This document shows positions 18,461 to 27,304 of a stretch of DNA of 27,304 bases, piece by piece; the first letter of the stretch is position 1, and every line of letters starts with the position of its first letter. The stretch is from the NCBI GenBank assembly GCA_041736305.1, contig JBGSTX010000053.1:1-27304 (forward strand), written 5' to 3'. The notes below the pieces were generated by a model. The model did not search any database. It was not told the DNA's origin and saw only the letters and a program-made list of their open reading frames with translations. Source of the stretch: Oligoflexus sp. GTDB lineage: Bacteria > Bdellovibrionota_B > Oligoflexia > Oligoflexales > Oligoflexaceae. The translations under genes were made by a program, and so were the position numbers.

Positions 18461-19402
18461 TTGATGAAGAATGATGGGATGCCCTCCGTGCCCCCTATAG
18501 AGCCTGAAGGTGGCCCCTTTCCCTGGCAGCAGGGTTGGAAAGCGCTAAAATCTACTTGGCCCCAACTGGTTTATATCAGCACAGTCTCTATAGCAATACC
18601 GCAGTGTTTTCTCTTTTGGTTCCAGAGTCAGCGGGCTTTTGAGCTAGGTGAGGGATTTCACCTCGTCGAAACCCTATCTATCCCTATAATTATAAATATT
18701 TTGAAGAGTTTTCTCTTTTCGTACCTCTTTGCCAAGCTAGTAGCATTCATTTTCGCAGCCATCGGCTACTTAAGCGTCATAGCTTATATGGCGCGCCTCA
18801 GCGAGGGTCACGAAGGAAAAACCCTGCTCGCGCTTCGCGAGGGCTGCAGAGCCTTTGTACCCGGAGGTATTTTAAGCCTTTCCTTTCTTATACCTATTTC
18901 GGGCCTGCTCATTCCCTTTGCGCTGGCTCCTGCAGGCGGGCTTTTGATTCAATACGTCATAATATCTTTTTTTGTTCTTTTCGCCGCAGTCCCAGTTTTG
19001 CTTGTCCGAGAGCCACGGGCGCCATTTTTAGCGATAAGGAAGTCTATACGACTGGATTATGTCACTGGTTCGGGGATTTCCAAATGGTCCGCATTTTTCG
19101 TCTTGCTTACCTATGAGATGATGCTGTTTGCCGCACTTTATTTACTGGATTTTTGTCATCAGCAGTTACTCTTTCTCGATCAAACCCTGGGCCTACCACG
19201 CGAAGTTTGGTTTCGAGCTAGTTCAGGTCTGCCTTTTGGGGTACTGCCCTTCATTTTCGAGTGTCTAGTCTGGCTCATCACGGCCCTAGCTTTAGCCAGC
19301 TTCGCAGTTTTCACATCAAGTTTTATTCTCGAACTTTTGAAAAGACAGGAACAGGCACGGGCACGCGCCATGGCGAATGTTGAGATCAAAAAATGGGTCT
19401 AA
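18461..19402 (+). CDS. Multi-pass membrane protein of unknown function
   Basis: About 6 hydrophobic segments over 313 aa, filling the gap between neighbouring genes. Confidence 0.75.
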   Translation: MMKNDGMPSVPPIEPEGGPFPWQQGWKALKSTWPQLVYISTVSIAIPQCFLFWFQSQRAFELGEGFHLVETLSIPIIINILKSFLFSYLFAKLVAFIFAAIGYLSVIAYMARLSEGHEGKTLLALREGCRAFVPGGILSLSFLIPISGLLIPFALAPAGGLLIQYVIISFFVLFAAVPVLLVREPRAPFLAIRKSIRLDYVTGSGISKWSAFFVLLTYEMMLFAALYLLDFCHQQLLFLDQTLGLPREVWFRASSGLPFGVLPFIFECLVWLITALALASFAVFTSSFILELLKRQEQARARAMANVEIKKWV

Positions 19403-19420
19403 TGCCTAGGCGGCATGAGC

Positions 19421-20089
19421 TCACTTTCCGACGCGATTCAGGATGTGAGAGATTTGATCTCCTGGTACTTTAATCAATTCTTCTTGAAGACCGAGGCGCA
19501 CGACTTCGGGAAAAATACCGGCAAAGTGCGTTTGCCACTCTTCGGCACTTTTTTGTGTAAGTTCAGCAAGCCCCATCAAAAAATCACGGTGAGACCTTCC
19601 CTTTCGATAGTCGGGTTCGGCACTAGGATGTTGAAGGTAGCGCTCAATCAAATCAATTCTTGGCTCCACTAGAATTGAAGCCTGATAAAGAAGGTAATTT
19701 CGACTTCTAAAAAGCGAAGTACCAGCTAGCTTCCTTTGCCCCAGAACAATGTCCGAGAAACCTCGCTGAGCGAATTCAATCTGGTCGAGCTGCCTCTGAA
19801 GGGTCGACATAACCGCCTGATTGAGAATTCGAAAATATCGATCGTTGTGATAAAATTCCCGGACCCAGCAGCCGACGCTTACGACTAGACAACCGCCATG
19901 GAGCAGGACTGTTCCTCCCCCGCCCATTCGCTTTAAGATGCTTACCGAATCACGGTGACAAGCATCCACGTTTACTTCGCGATCGGCACTATTGCTTCGA
20001 CCGAGTACAACCAAATTATCGTGAGGTACCCACAGCTTGGTACAAAGTGTTTCTGAGCTAGCTTCGAGGACTTGATCGTCGATCCACAT
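19421..20089 (-). CDS. Lipoate-protein ligase family protein (catalytic domain only)
   Basis: VVLGRSN, KRMGGGGTV, SDIV..RKLAGTS and YQASIL. ATG 20089 is preferred because the TTG at 20131 overlaps mgtE. Confidence 0.85.
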   Translation of the reverse strand: MWIDDQVLEASSETLCTKLWVPHDNLVVLGRSNSADREVNVDACHRDSVSILKRMGGGGTVLLHGGCLVVSVGCWVREFYHNDRYFRILNQAVMSTLQRQLDQIEFAQRGFSDIVLGQRKLAGTSLFRSRNYLLYQASILVEPRIDLIERYLQHPSAEPDYRKGRSHRDFLMGLAELTQKSAEEWQTHFAGIFPEVVRLGLQEELIKVPGDQISHILNRVGK

Positions 20090-20099
20090 GTCATTAACC

Positions 20100-21473
20100 T
20101 TAGAAAACGAAACGCGAGACCGCGAAAGCAATGTTAAACAAGGTCAGAATACCGAATAAATCCATTAGCGAGGAGATCACGGGTGACGATGAAACCGCTG
20201 GATCAAGATTGAGCTTGCGCAGTAGAAAAGGCAGCATCGAGCCAACCAAGACACCTGAGACGACGACCGTTATCAAAGTTCCCGCGATGATGAGGCCATG
20301 ACTAGCATCAAGCTGTCCTAATATCAGAGCGCGCAGAAACCCGAGTGTCCCAAGAAGAAGGCCAAGGCCAAGCCCTATCACTATCTCGCGCTTCAGTACT
20401 CGCCACCAATCGAACAGCTCAATCTCTCGGACTGCGAGACCTCGAATAATCAAAGAAGCTGCTTGGGAGCCAGAATTCCCGCCTGAAGCAATGATAAGGG
20501 GCATAAAAAAGACCAAGAAACTCATCGACTTTATTGCGCCGTCGAAGTGCTCTAGAGCGTTCGCACTGAACATCGACATCAGAAAAATCATGGCGAGCCA
20601 GCCGCCTCGTTTCCGAAAAAGCGTAAAAATCGAAGTCTGAAAATAGGAATCTTCCAGGGTTGCCTGACCACCGAAAGCCTGAATATCTTCGGTAGCTTCC
20701 TCTTCAGCCACATCGAAAACATCATCGGCTTCGACCAAACCGACCATGCTTCCATCATCGTCGACAACGGGAATATAGGGCCGGTCGTACTTCCGAAAGT
20801 AATCGACTGCTAGGCTCTTGTCGTCGTTAACCCGAAGCTTAACTTGAGCTGTATCCATCAATTCGTCGACGGGTATAGTCGCGGGATCTGCCAAAACCAA
20901 GGATGACAAGTGCACATGGCCAATCAATTTTTGACTGTCGTCAACAATGAAGATCTGATTGAGCAGGTCTTCAGGTATTTTGCTTCCCGTCCACCGAATA
21001 TCCGCTAAAGCATCACGCACTGTCATACCCAGCTTGATCGAAAAAAACTCGGGGCTCATCAGACGTCCGACTGAATCCTCCGGGTAAGAAAGGAGTTGCC
21101 AGGCAATTTTTCGCTCTTCGGGGTTAAGCTTCAGAATAAGCTTAGTACTCAACTCAGGGGGCAGCTCCTCGAGCAGCTGAGTTCTATCAACTGGCTCCAT
21201 TTCATTGAGCAGGGAGACCGCTACCGCATCGGGCAATTGATCGAGGAGCTTCTGCTGGAGCTCATAAGGGAAGTAAGAAAATACTTCGGCACGATTTTCT
21301 TTAGGAATCAAGCGGAACAAAACAATACACGCGACGATATCGAGGTCGGCAAAGTAGTCGGAGATGTCGGCAGACTCTATGGTGCGAAACAGCGTGCGCA
21401 GGCGCTTGAAAGCGCGAGCTGCGAGTAGCTGTTGAACCTCATCAACCGACAACCTAGCTTCTTCCATCCCCAA
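20100..21473 (-). CDS. mgtE: Magnesium transporter MgtE
   Basis: MgtE_N region, YPEDSVGRLM, CBS pair, EEATEDI, PLIIASGGNSGSQ and DPAVSSSPVISSLMD. Confidence 0.96.
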   Translation of the reverse strand: MGMEEARLSVDEVQQLLAARAFKRLRTLFRTIESADISDYFADLDIVACIVLFRLIPKENRAEVFSYFPYELQQKLLDQLPDAVAVSLLNEMEPVDRTQLLEELPPELSTKLILKLNPEERKIAWQLLSYPEDSVGRLMSPEFFSIKLGMTVRDALADIRWTGSKIPEDLLNQIFIVDDSQKLIGHVHLSSLVLADPATIPVDELMDTAQVKLRVNDDKSLAVDYFRKYDRPYIPVVDDDGSMVGLVEADDVFDVAEEEATEDIQAFGGQATLEDSYFQTSIFTLFRKRGGWLAMIFLMSMFSANALEHFDGAIKSMSFLVFFMPLIIASGGNSGSQAASLIIRGLAVREIELFDWWRVLKREIVIGLGLGLLLGTLGFLRALILGQLDASHGLIIAGTLITVVVSGVLVGSMLPFLLRKLNLDPAVSSSPVISSLMDLFGILTLFNIAFAVSRFVF

Positions 21474-21482
21474 CTTTCCAAG

Positions 21483-22517
21483 TTAATGGTTGACCTCTTT
21501 ACAGAGACTTTCCAAAGCTTTTTCTGCCACGCCCAATCTTGCCTCTGCATGTTTCAGCAGATCGAGAAATGTGCCGATCTTTACCGGCCCTAAACAATCG
21601 AGAGCTCTTGAAAAACGCTCTGTGTCCGGACTATAAAGAGATGCTCCCAGTATCGATGCATTGTTCCAAGGACGATTCCGGCTTGCTGCATAGGCTTTGG
21701 TGGCCATTACTGGAAAACGCTCGGTACGGAATTCCTCAATCGTTTTGGCCTTCATATCGAGACGCTGATCGTAAGTCAGCTCTTTTTGCTCGTATACCTT
21801 GCTCAAAGCCTCTTTAAGTTGCTGTAACCAGACTCTCAAGAGCTCCTGGTCGGCTCGTTCTGCTTTGAGGTCTTCAAGGCCCTGGCCGTTGAGTTTTTCA
21901 AGCAAGAATTTCTCCGCTAGCCGGAGCCCGACAAACTCCGCGAGATTTTCATTGAAGACTACAGAACCATTTGACCAAAATGTCCTATGGGCCAACTCGT
22001 GAAATAAGAGTTGCACGAAGTCAGGATCTGACCGTTTAGTCATAGATGCATATATTGGGTCGTCAAACCAACCTAAACTCGAAAATGCCCCTACCGATCC
22101 TACACTTACATCAAAACCCTGGCTCCGTAAAGCTTGAGCCAACTCATCTCGTTCCTTAATGTTGAAAAAAGCGAGGTATGGAACCCGGCCGACCAGCGGG
22201 AACCACCAAGTCTTCGACTCGAGTCGATCAGCAAAAGCGGCCTGTACGGAATAGCTGACCTGTGCACTCTCTTCAGGAATGTAGTGCTGATAGGCGCCAC
22301 CGACGTTAAGACCCTCCTCACGCGCGTAGAGCATAACCTGTCGGTTCAGCACAAGTTTCTTCCTAGGGAATTTTGATCGATTCCCGACTTGTTCAGAGAG
22401 AACGGATTCTATCGAAATTCGACTATTATAAGCATTGTTGAACCAATAAGCCTGCCTAATCGAATAGCATCCGCCTAAAGACAAACTCAAAGCAATGATG
22501 CTAAAAATCTTCTGCAA
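21483..22517 (-). CDS. Putative zinc aminopeptidase lipoprotein (Aminopep/DUF2265-like)
   Basis: Lipobox LGGC, WWFPLVGRVPY, AFSSLGWFDDP, FHELAH, FNENLA and NNA. Confidence 0.85.
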   Translation of the reverse strand: MQKIFSIIALSLSLGGCYSIRQAYWFNNAYNSRISIESVLSEQVGNRSKFPRKKLVLNRQVMLYAREEGLNVGGAYQHYIPEESAQVSYSVQAAFADRLESKTWWFPLVGRVPYLAFFNIKERDELAQALRSQGFDVSVGSVGAFSSLGWFDDPIYASMTKRSDPDFVQLLFHELAHRTFWSNGSVVFNENLAEFVGLRLAEKFLLEKLNGQGLEDLKAERADQELLRVWLQQLKEALSKVYEQKELTYDQRLDMKAKTIEEFRTERFPVMATKAYAASRNRPWNNASILGASLYSPDTERFSRALDCLGPVKIGTFLDLLKHAEARLGVAEKALESLCKEVNH

Positions 22518-22532
22518 AACTCGCTTTTCCTT

Positions 22533-22563
22533 AAAAAAAAGCGCGGCTTCGACAGGGCCGCGC
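22533..22563 (-). terminator. Intrinsic terminator of ileS
   Basis: Minus strand GCGCGGC-loop-GCCGCGC followed by T8. Confidence 0.85.
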
Positions 22564-22587
22564 CTTGTTTTAGTCTAGCTCCCTTGC

Positions 22588-25500
22588 TCAGATTCGAGCT
22601 ACTCCCAGCTCCATTGGAACTTCCCCGACCTCAAAGCTACCTTGCAGCTCAGACTCTATCGAATCACAAAGAACCAAACTACGCGCAAGAGTTTCCGAAG
22701 CTATGTAATCTTTGAAGCGCTCAATAGCGCGAGCCAGCTCGCCGCTAGCTTGTATCTGGATCTGGATGTGATCGCTGACCTGTAGACCGCTGTCCTTTCG
22801 AAAGTTTTGGATCCGATTAACAACTTCTCGAGCAAGACCTTCCAATATCAGATCATCTGTTAATCGGGTATCGAGCAGGACTGTGAGGCTCATTGCCGTT
22901 GCAATAAGCCGTTCGTCTTTCGGAACTCTGTCGATTAGCATATCCTCAATTTGGACTTCATGCCCAAAAATCTGGATGGTCTGACCATCTTCAAGCTGCT
23001 TGAGGAGTGCAGCGACTTTTGCTGGCTGCTTATTTAATTCTTCTAACTGACTTTTAAAGCTAGCCAGATCTTTGCCGAGACGTTTACCTAAGACCTTAAG
23101 GTTGGGCCTCACGGCAAGATTAACGTACTTGTTCTCTTCAGTAGTGAATACCACTCCTTTAAGATTGAGCTCTGTCTTGAGGAGGTCCTGCGCTTTCTCG
23201 ATCAGGGCTGCGTCGGCCTCATTGCGGGCGATAACGAGCATTTCCTGGAGAACCTGTCGCGTTTTGATTTGATGCTTAGCTCGCAGAGAGCGACCTAGCT
23301 CTGCTACTGTGCGGATCAAATGCATCTGCCGCTCAAGCTCTAACCGGACCTTTTGCGGGTTTGCCATCGGCACATCTGAAAGATGGACAGAAAGCGGAAC
23401 TCCTGTCAGATCTTCAACCAATCCCCGATAGATACGCTCTGATACGAAAGGAGCAAAAGGTGCGAATAGTTTTGAGAACTGAACCAGAACATAATAAAGG
23501 GTCTCATAACCCTCACGAGTGTCCTGACTCATCGTCTGAGACCCAGCCCAAAAGCGCCGCCGGCTAAGTCGGATGTACCAATTGGTCAAATCTTCTATAA
23601 ATGCAATGACCTGTGGAACGACATTAAAGAGTAGATAGGCCTCCATTTCACGATGCACATCCCCAAGCAAGGTGTGGAGTCTCGAGATTATCCAGCGATC
23701 AAGTTCTCCTTTGACCTCAGGAGTTTGTCCCTGAGCCAGCTCTGGGGTAGGCTTCCAGGAGTCTGCGGCGGCATAGGTGCTAAGGAAGCTATACGCATTC
23801 CAAAGAGGCAAAATAACGGCTCGGGTCGTGTCTTTAACACCTTCGTTAGTAAAGCGAAGGTCCTCGGCCCTCAGAACTGCTGAGTTCAACATATAAAGTC
23901 GGACACTATCCGCCCCAAACTTATCGATCAGTTCGATTGGAGGCGTATAGTTCTTCCAACGCTTAGACATTTTCTTGCCGTCGGCAGCAAGAATGAGACC
24001 GTTGACGACAACATTCTTAAATGCCGATTTATCAAAAAGAGCCGTGCTCAATACACTCAAGGTATAGAACCAACCGCGCGTCTGGTCCAAGCCTTCGGCA
24101 ATAAAGTCCGCGGGAAAAATTTCATCAAATCGTTCTTTATTCTCAAATGGGTAATGAAGCTGCGCATAGGGCATAGATCCGGACTCAAACCAACAGTCGA
24201 AAACCTCTGGAACGCGCCGCATCTGCCCTTGACATTGCCCGCAGGAAAATCGCAGGTGATCAATAAAGTGAATATGCAGATCCTTGACCTCTGCACCTGT
24301 TCGCTCCTCCAGCTCGGCCACGCTGCCAATGCAGAGGCGGTGCTCTGGATTCTCTTCGCAAATGTAGATAGGGAGCGGAGTACCCCAATAGCGATTCCGG
24401 CTAATAGCCCAATCGCGAGCGTTTTTCAGCCAGTTACCCATCCGGCCCTGCTGCAAATGTCCAGGTACCCAGTTGATGCTGGTGTTTTGCTCGACCAGCC
24501 TTTCTTTGAAAGATTCGACCGCGACAAACCAGGAAGGGATTGCCCGGTATATCAAGGGGCCTCCGGTTCGATCGCACATAGGGTAGCTGTGGACCAGGGT
24601 CTCATGGCGAAGCAGCTGAGCGCTTTCCTTTAAAGTCTTAATGATTTCCTTATCAGCATCCTTAACGAAAAGGCCTTTGAAGTCTGAAATAGCATCCTTA
24701 AATTTTGCTTCTTCATCTAAGGGGTCCACAAGGCCAATGCCGGCTGAATTGCAGACTCTAAAGTCGTCTTCTCCGTAAGCCGGCGCCATATGAACAACGC
24801 CCGTACCATCTTCGGTCGTTACGAATTTATCGACCAGAATACGGAAAGCACGCGGTTGATCTTTAAAATAAGGAAAAAGCGGCTCATAGGCGCGCCCGCC
24901 TAGATCTTCCGCTTTGATTTCGCCTAAAATTTCGTAGGGTGCTTCCTCGGGCTTTTTGCTCTTTTTAAAAACAGCTTCAAGCCTCGACTTTGCCAAGTAA
25001 TAGGTTTCGCCATTTTCAGCAGCGCGAACCTTTACGTATTCAATTTCGGGCCCTATGGCTAAAGCGAGGTTAGAAATCAAGGTCCAGGGGGTAGTCGTCC
25101 AAGCAAGGACATAAGCTTCCTCATCCTTAAGTTTGAACTTAACCGTGATCGCAGGATCCTGAACATCCTGGTAGTTTTGGTTGGCTTCAAAATTAGAAAG
25201 AACCGCGGTAATGCGCGGTGAATAAGGCACAACCTTATGGCTTTGATAGACTAAGCCACGATCGTATAGCGTTTTGAATACCCACCAAACCGATTCCATA
25301 AAATCGCGATCCATCGTCCGGTATTGATTGTCCCAATCAACCCAGCGGCCAAGGCGGGTAATAGTCTTCTGCCATTCCTCGGCATAATGGAGGACTGATT
25401 TACGACACAACTCATTAAAGGTCCCAACACCCATATCTAGGATGTCTTGCCGACCCTTTAGATTATGAGTTTTCTCGATTTCAAATTCGACCGGTACCCC

Positions 25501-25761
25501 GTGAGTATCCCAGCCGAAGCGACGTTCAACGGCAAAACCGCGCATATTCCAATAGCGGGGAACCGTGTCCTTAATCGTATTGGCTAGCAAGTGACCGTAG
25601 TGCGGAAGCCCGTTAGCAAAGGGGGGGCCATCGTAAAATGCAAATTCTTTCTTGCCCTTACGACCCTGGTTGCTCTGTTCAAAGATTTTTTGGTCTTTCC
25701 AAAAGGAAAGTAATTCTTCTTCCATCTCGGGAAGGTTCACGTTCGAGCCTGTTGCCTTCAT
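22588..25761 (-). CDS. ileS: Isoleucyl-tRNA synthetase, type 2 (archaeal/eukaryote-like)
   Basis: DGPPFANGLPHYGH, RRFGWDTHG, WTTTPWTL, DWAISRNRYWGTP, FIAEGLDQTRGWFY, KMSKR, NWYIRLSRRRFW and EGLAREVVNRIQ..RK. ATG 25761 is the more likely start. Confidence 0.97.
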   Translation of the reverse strand: MKATGSNVNLPEMEEELLSFWKDQKIFEQSNQGRKGKKEFAFYDGPPFANGLPHYGHLLANTIKDTVPRYWNMRGFAVERRFGWDTHGVPVEFEIEKTHNLKGRQDILDMGVGTFNELCRKSVLHYAEEWQKTITRLGRWVDWDNQYRTMDRDFMESVWWVFKTLYDRGLVYQSHKVVPYSPRITAVLSNFEANQNYQDVQDPAITVKFKLKDEEAYVLAWTTTPWTLISNLALAIGPEIEYVKVRAAENGETYYLAKSRLEAVFKKSKKPEEAPYEILGEIKAEDLGGRAYEPLFPYFKDQPRAFRILVDKFVTTEDGTGVVHMAPAYGEDDFRVCNSAGIGLVDPLDEEAKFKDAISDFKGLFVKDADKEIIKTLKESAQLLRHETLVHSYPMCDRTGGPLIYRAIPSWFVAVESFKERLVEQNTSINWVPGHLQQGRMGNWLKNARDWAISRNRYWGTPLPIYICEENPEHRLCIGSVAELEERTGAEVKDLHIHFIDHLRFSCGQCQGQMRRVPEVFDCWFESGSMPYAQLHYPFENKERFDEIFPADFIAEGLDQTRGWFYTLSVLSTALFDKSAFKNVVVNGLILAADGKKMSKRWKNYTPPIELIDKFGADSVRLYMLNSAVLRAEDLRFTNEGVKDTTRAVILPLWNAYSFLSTYAAADSWKPTPELAQGQTPEVKGELDRWIISRLHTLLGDVHREMEAYLLFNVVPQVIAFIEDLTNWYIRLSRRRFWAGSQTMSQDTREGYETLYYVLVQFSKLFAPFAPFVSERIYRGLVEDLTGVPLSVHLSDVPMANPQKVRLELERQMHLIRTVAELGRSLRAKHQIKTRQVLQEMLVIARNEADAALIEKAQDLLKTELNLKGVVFTTEENKYVNLAVRPNLKVLGKRLGKDLASFKSQLEELNKQPAKVAALLKQLEDGQTIQIFGHEVQIEDMLIDRVPKDERLIATAMSLTVLLDTRLTDDLILEGLAREVVNRIQNFRKDSGLQVSDHIQIQIQASGELARAIERFKDYIASETLARSLVLCDSIESELQGSFEVGEVPMELGVARI

Positions 25762-26001
25762 AAAAATTCGCAACCTTTTATAAGCTAGATCCTGATAAGG
25801 ACTGGCGAAAAGTCCTAGATTGGGCGGTCCATGCCTCTCTTGTACACCCGATGATCCAGCTGAACAATAGGAACCCATTCGAGTTCAAAGGTCATTTCAG
25901 GTGGCTAAGGTGCTTACATCCTCTAATTGTCTGCCTGACGTTCCCTTCAAAAAGAAGGCTGTATTTTTGCATCCCTAGAAGGTTTGCAAACCCTGGTTTA
26001 A

Positions 26002-26017
26002 TGGCATGCTACTTGCT
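26002..26017 (+). promoter_or_regulatory. sigma54 (-24/-12) promoter
   Basis: TGGCAT-GCTAC-TTGCT matches TGGCAC-N5-TTGCW with exact spacing, about 80 nt before the 26095 ORF. Confidence 0.6.
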
Positions 26018-26094
26018 GATCTATTTATAGAAGGCCACTTGGCCATAAGTGTTCGAGTGCGGAAGCTGGGATCTACTGTGGAGTAGTTGGACGA

Positions 26095-27201
26095 GTGAAT
26101 CTAAGCTTAAAAAAACTATATTTACCCATTATTATTGGAATAATTCCAATTCTTCTCGCGCCGCGCTCCCTCCGCGCGGACGATACATTACCGACAAACG
26201 ACGAATGGCAATCTAGCCGACCTATGCTTGAAAAAGCTCGCCCTCTGGAACCCCATCGTCAGGTACCCTTCCTTAAAGCCGTCCAGGCTGCAATTGTCAG
26301 GACCTTTTCTAATTTAGATCACGCCAAAGAAATGGCCAAGATCCAGCAAGAACAAGCAGCCCCTCTGGCCTCTCGTGGTAAGGGCATCTTGGTGCCTCTT
26401 TCCATGTCTTCGACTACCGAGAAAGAAACTCAAATAAGTAAGTCGCTGACTAAGACTCTAAAAACCTTCGCGCAAAAGGAGGGAAGTACAGACCTTCTTC
26501 CGGACTCCTATCGACTTGGTTTGAACTTTGGCTTTGGCGGACCTTCCCATACTGGACTTAAAGCCTCACCTAAACCAAATTATAGACTGATAGTAACAAA
26601 TATAGAGCCTGACTCTAAGTCCATGAAACTCGCGTCGCTCAATTCTAATGACTATGAACTGCTGCCTTATGCTGGCAAAGCTAACCTAGAGTATGATGTT
26701 GGCCTCGTCTATGAAGACTCGAGTGCACCTATCTATCGAACTCAAATTAGGCCAACCAACTCATCTCTATGGGATACAATTTATGAGTCCCCTAGCCTTC
26801 GCTTCAACGGTCGCATCACTCCAAAAGGGTTTTTAACAGATGGCAAGCTTTCGCCCGTCCAAGTTCTCACCCTTGAACAAGTCGATGGCTACTATGCCTA
26901 TGAAGCTGAGATGCAGTCGAGCATAGCTCCAAAGACAGCCGTACATCGCCTCCGCGTGCCGATTTTAGGCGGTGCGAAGTACGGAGAGGACTGGAATCAG
27001 GACTTTAAAAAGGTCAAGTCGAGTATTGAAAGAATATACGCGAGTGGACCTTTCAGTCTCAACCTAGAGCGCTATGAGTTAGAGAACAGGTATCAAACGG
27101 GCATCATCTACAAAGCTTCGACGACACAAGTCGAGATTTACACTTTTATTCCCGACTCCTCATTACTTGAGAGTCCGGAGTTCTCCGGCTTAACTACATA
27201 A
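26095..27201 (+). CDS. Exported hypothetical protein (beta-rich C-terminal half)
   Basis: Signal-peptide-like N-terminus (KKLYLPIIIGIIPILLAPRSLRA-DD) and GGAG RBS. No family recognised. Confidence 0.75.
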   Translation: MNLSLKKLYLPIIIGIIPILLAPRSLRADDTLPTNDEWQSSRPMLEKARPLEPHRQVPFLKAVQAAIVRTFSNLDHAKEMAKIQQEQAAPLASRGKGILVPLSMSSTTEKETQISKSLTKTLKTFAQKEGSTDLLPDSYRLGLNFGFGGPSHTGLKASPKPNYRLIVTNIEPDSKSMKLASLNSNDYELLPYAGKANLEYDVGLVYEDSSAPIYRTQIRPTNSSLWDTIYESPSLRFNGRITPKGFLTDGKLSPVQVLTLEQVDGYYAYEAEMQSSIAPKTAVHRLRVPILGGAKYGEDWNQDFKKVKSSIERIYASGPFSLNLERYELENRYQTGIIYKASTTQVEIYTFIPDSSLLESPEFSGLTT

Positions 27202-27304
27202 AAAAAGCCAGCGAATCGCCAGCTCTTTGAAAATTATAAATTGAGTAGCGCTGCATTAAGGTTAAGAGTGTTTTCGACCAAGAAAATACCAAATCCAAAA
27301 CACA

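Noticed and set aside
25762-26000. T-box leaders upstream of ileS (and valS)
   Set aside because: No T-box consensus (GGTGG.ACCGCG) or terminator/antiterminator arrangement is visible. The 39-aa N-terminal extension of ileS in the ORF track is probably not translated.
27199-27304. Frame stays open after the TAA of the 26095 ORF (possible premature stop), or the 3' end of a minus-strand gene
   Set aside because: About 34 open codons can occur by chance, and several minus-strand frames are equally plausible. This cannot be resolved at the window edge.

Overview
Mostly housekeeping chromosomal DNA from a diderm bacterium. The gene mix (lipoproteins, matrixin, type-2 IleRS, sigma28- and sigma54-like motifs) suggests Bdellovibrionota/Oligoflexia-like, which is inference only. 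The left minus-strand run is pgk-tpiA-trmFO-[ncRNA]-psd-pyruvate-kinase-like-CYTH, followed by a partial exported protein. The plus strand carries gshB, a LysM lipoprotein, an M10 metalloprotease lipoprotein, valS, a coiled-coil lipoprotein with a tandem repeat and an SRPBCC protein. The right side carries a class-III aminotransferase, queE, a membrane protein, an LplA-like ligase, mgtE, an aminopeptidase, ileS (type 2) and an exported hypothetical protein. The most striking feature is an apparently intact HEARO/omegaRNA (IscB OMEGA guide scaffold) at about 3630-3885 on the minus strand. It begins 6 nt after the trmFO stop codon, has no iscB gene or transposase, and has extra hairpins where iscB would normally start. 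The second is a full-length pyruvate kinase homolog with many active-site residues replaced, translationally coupled to a divergent CYTH protein. All calls come from motif recognition by eye; no searches were run.
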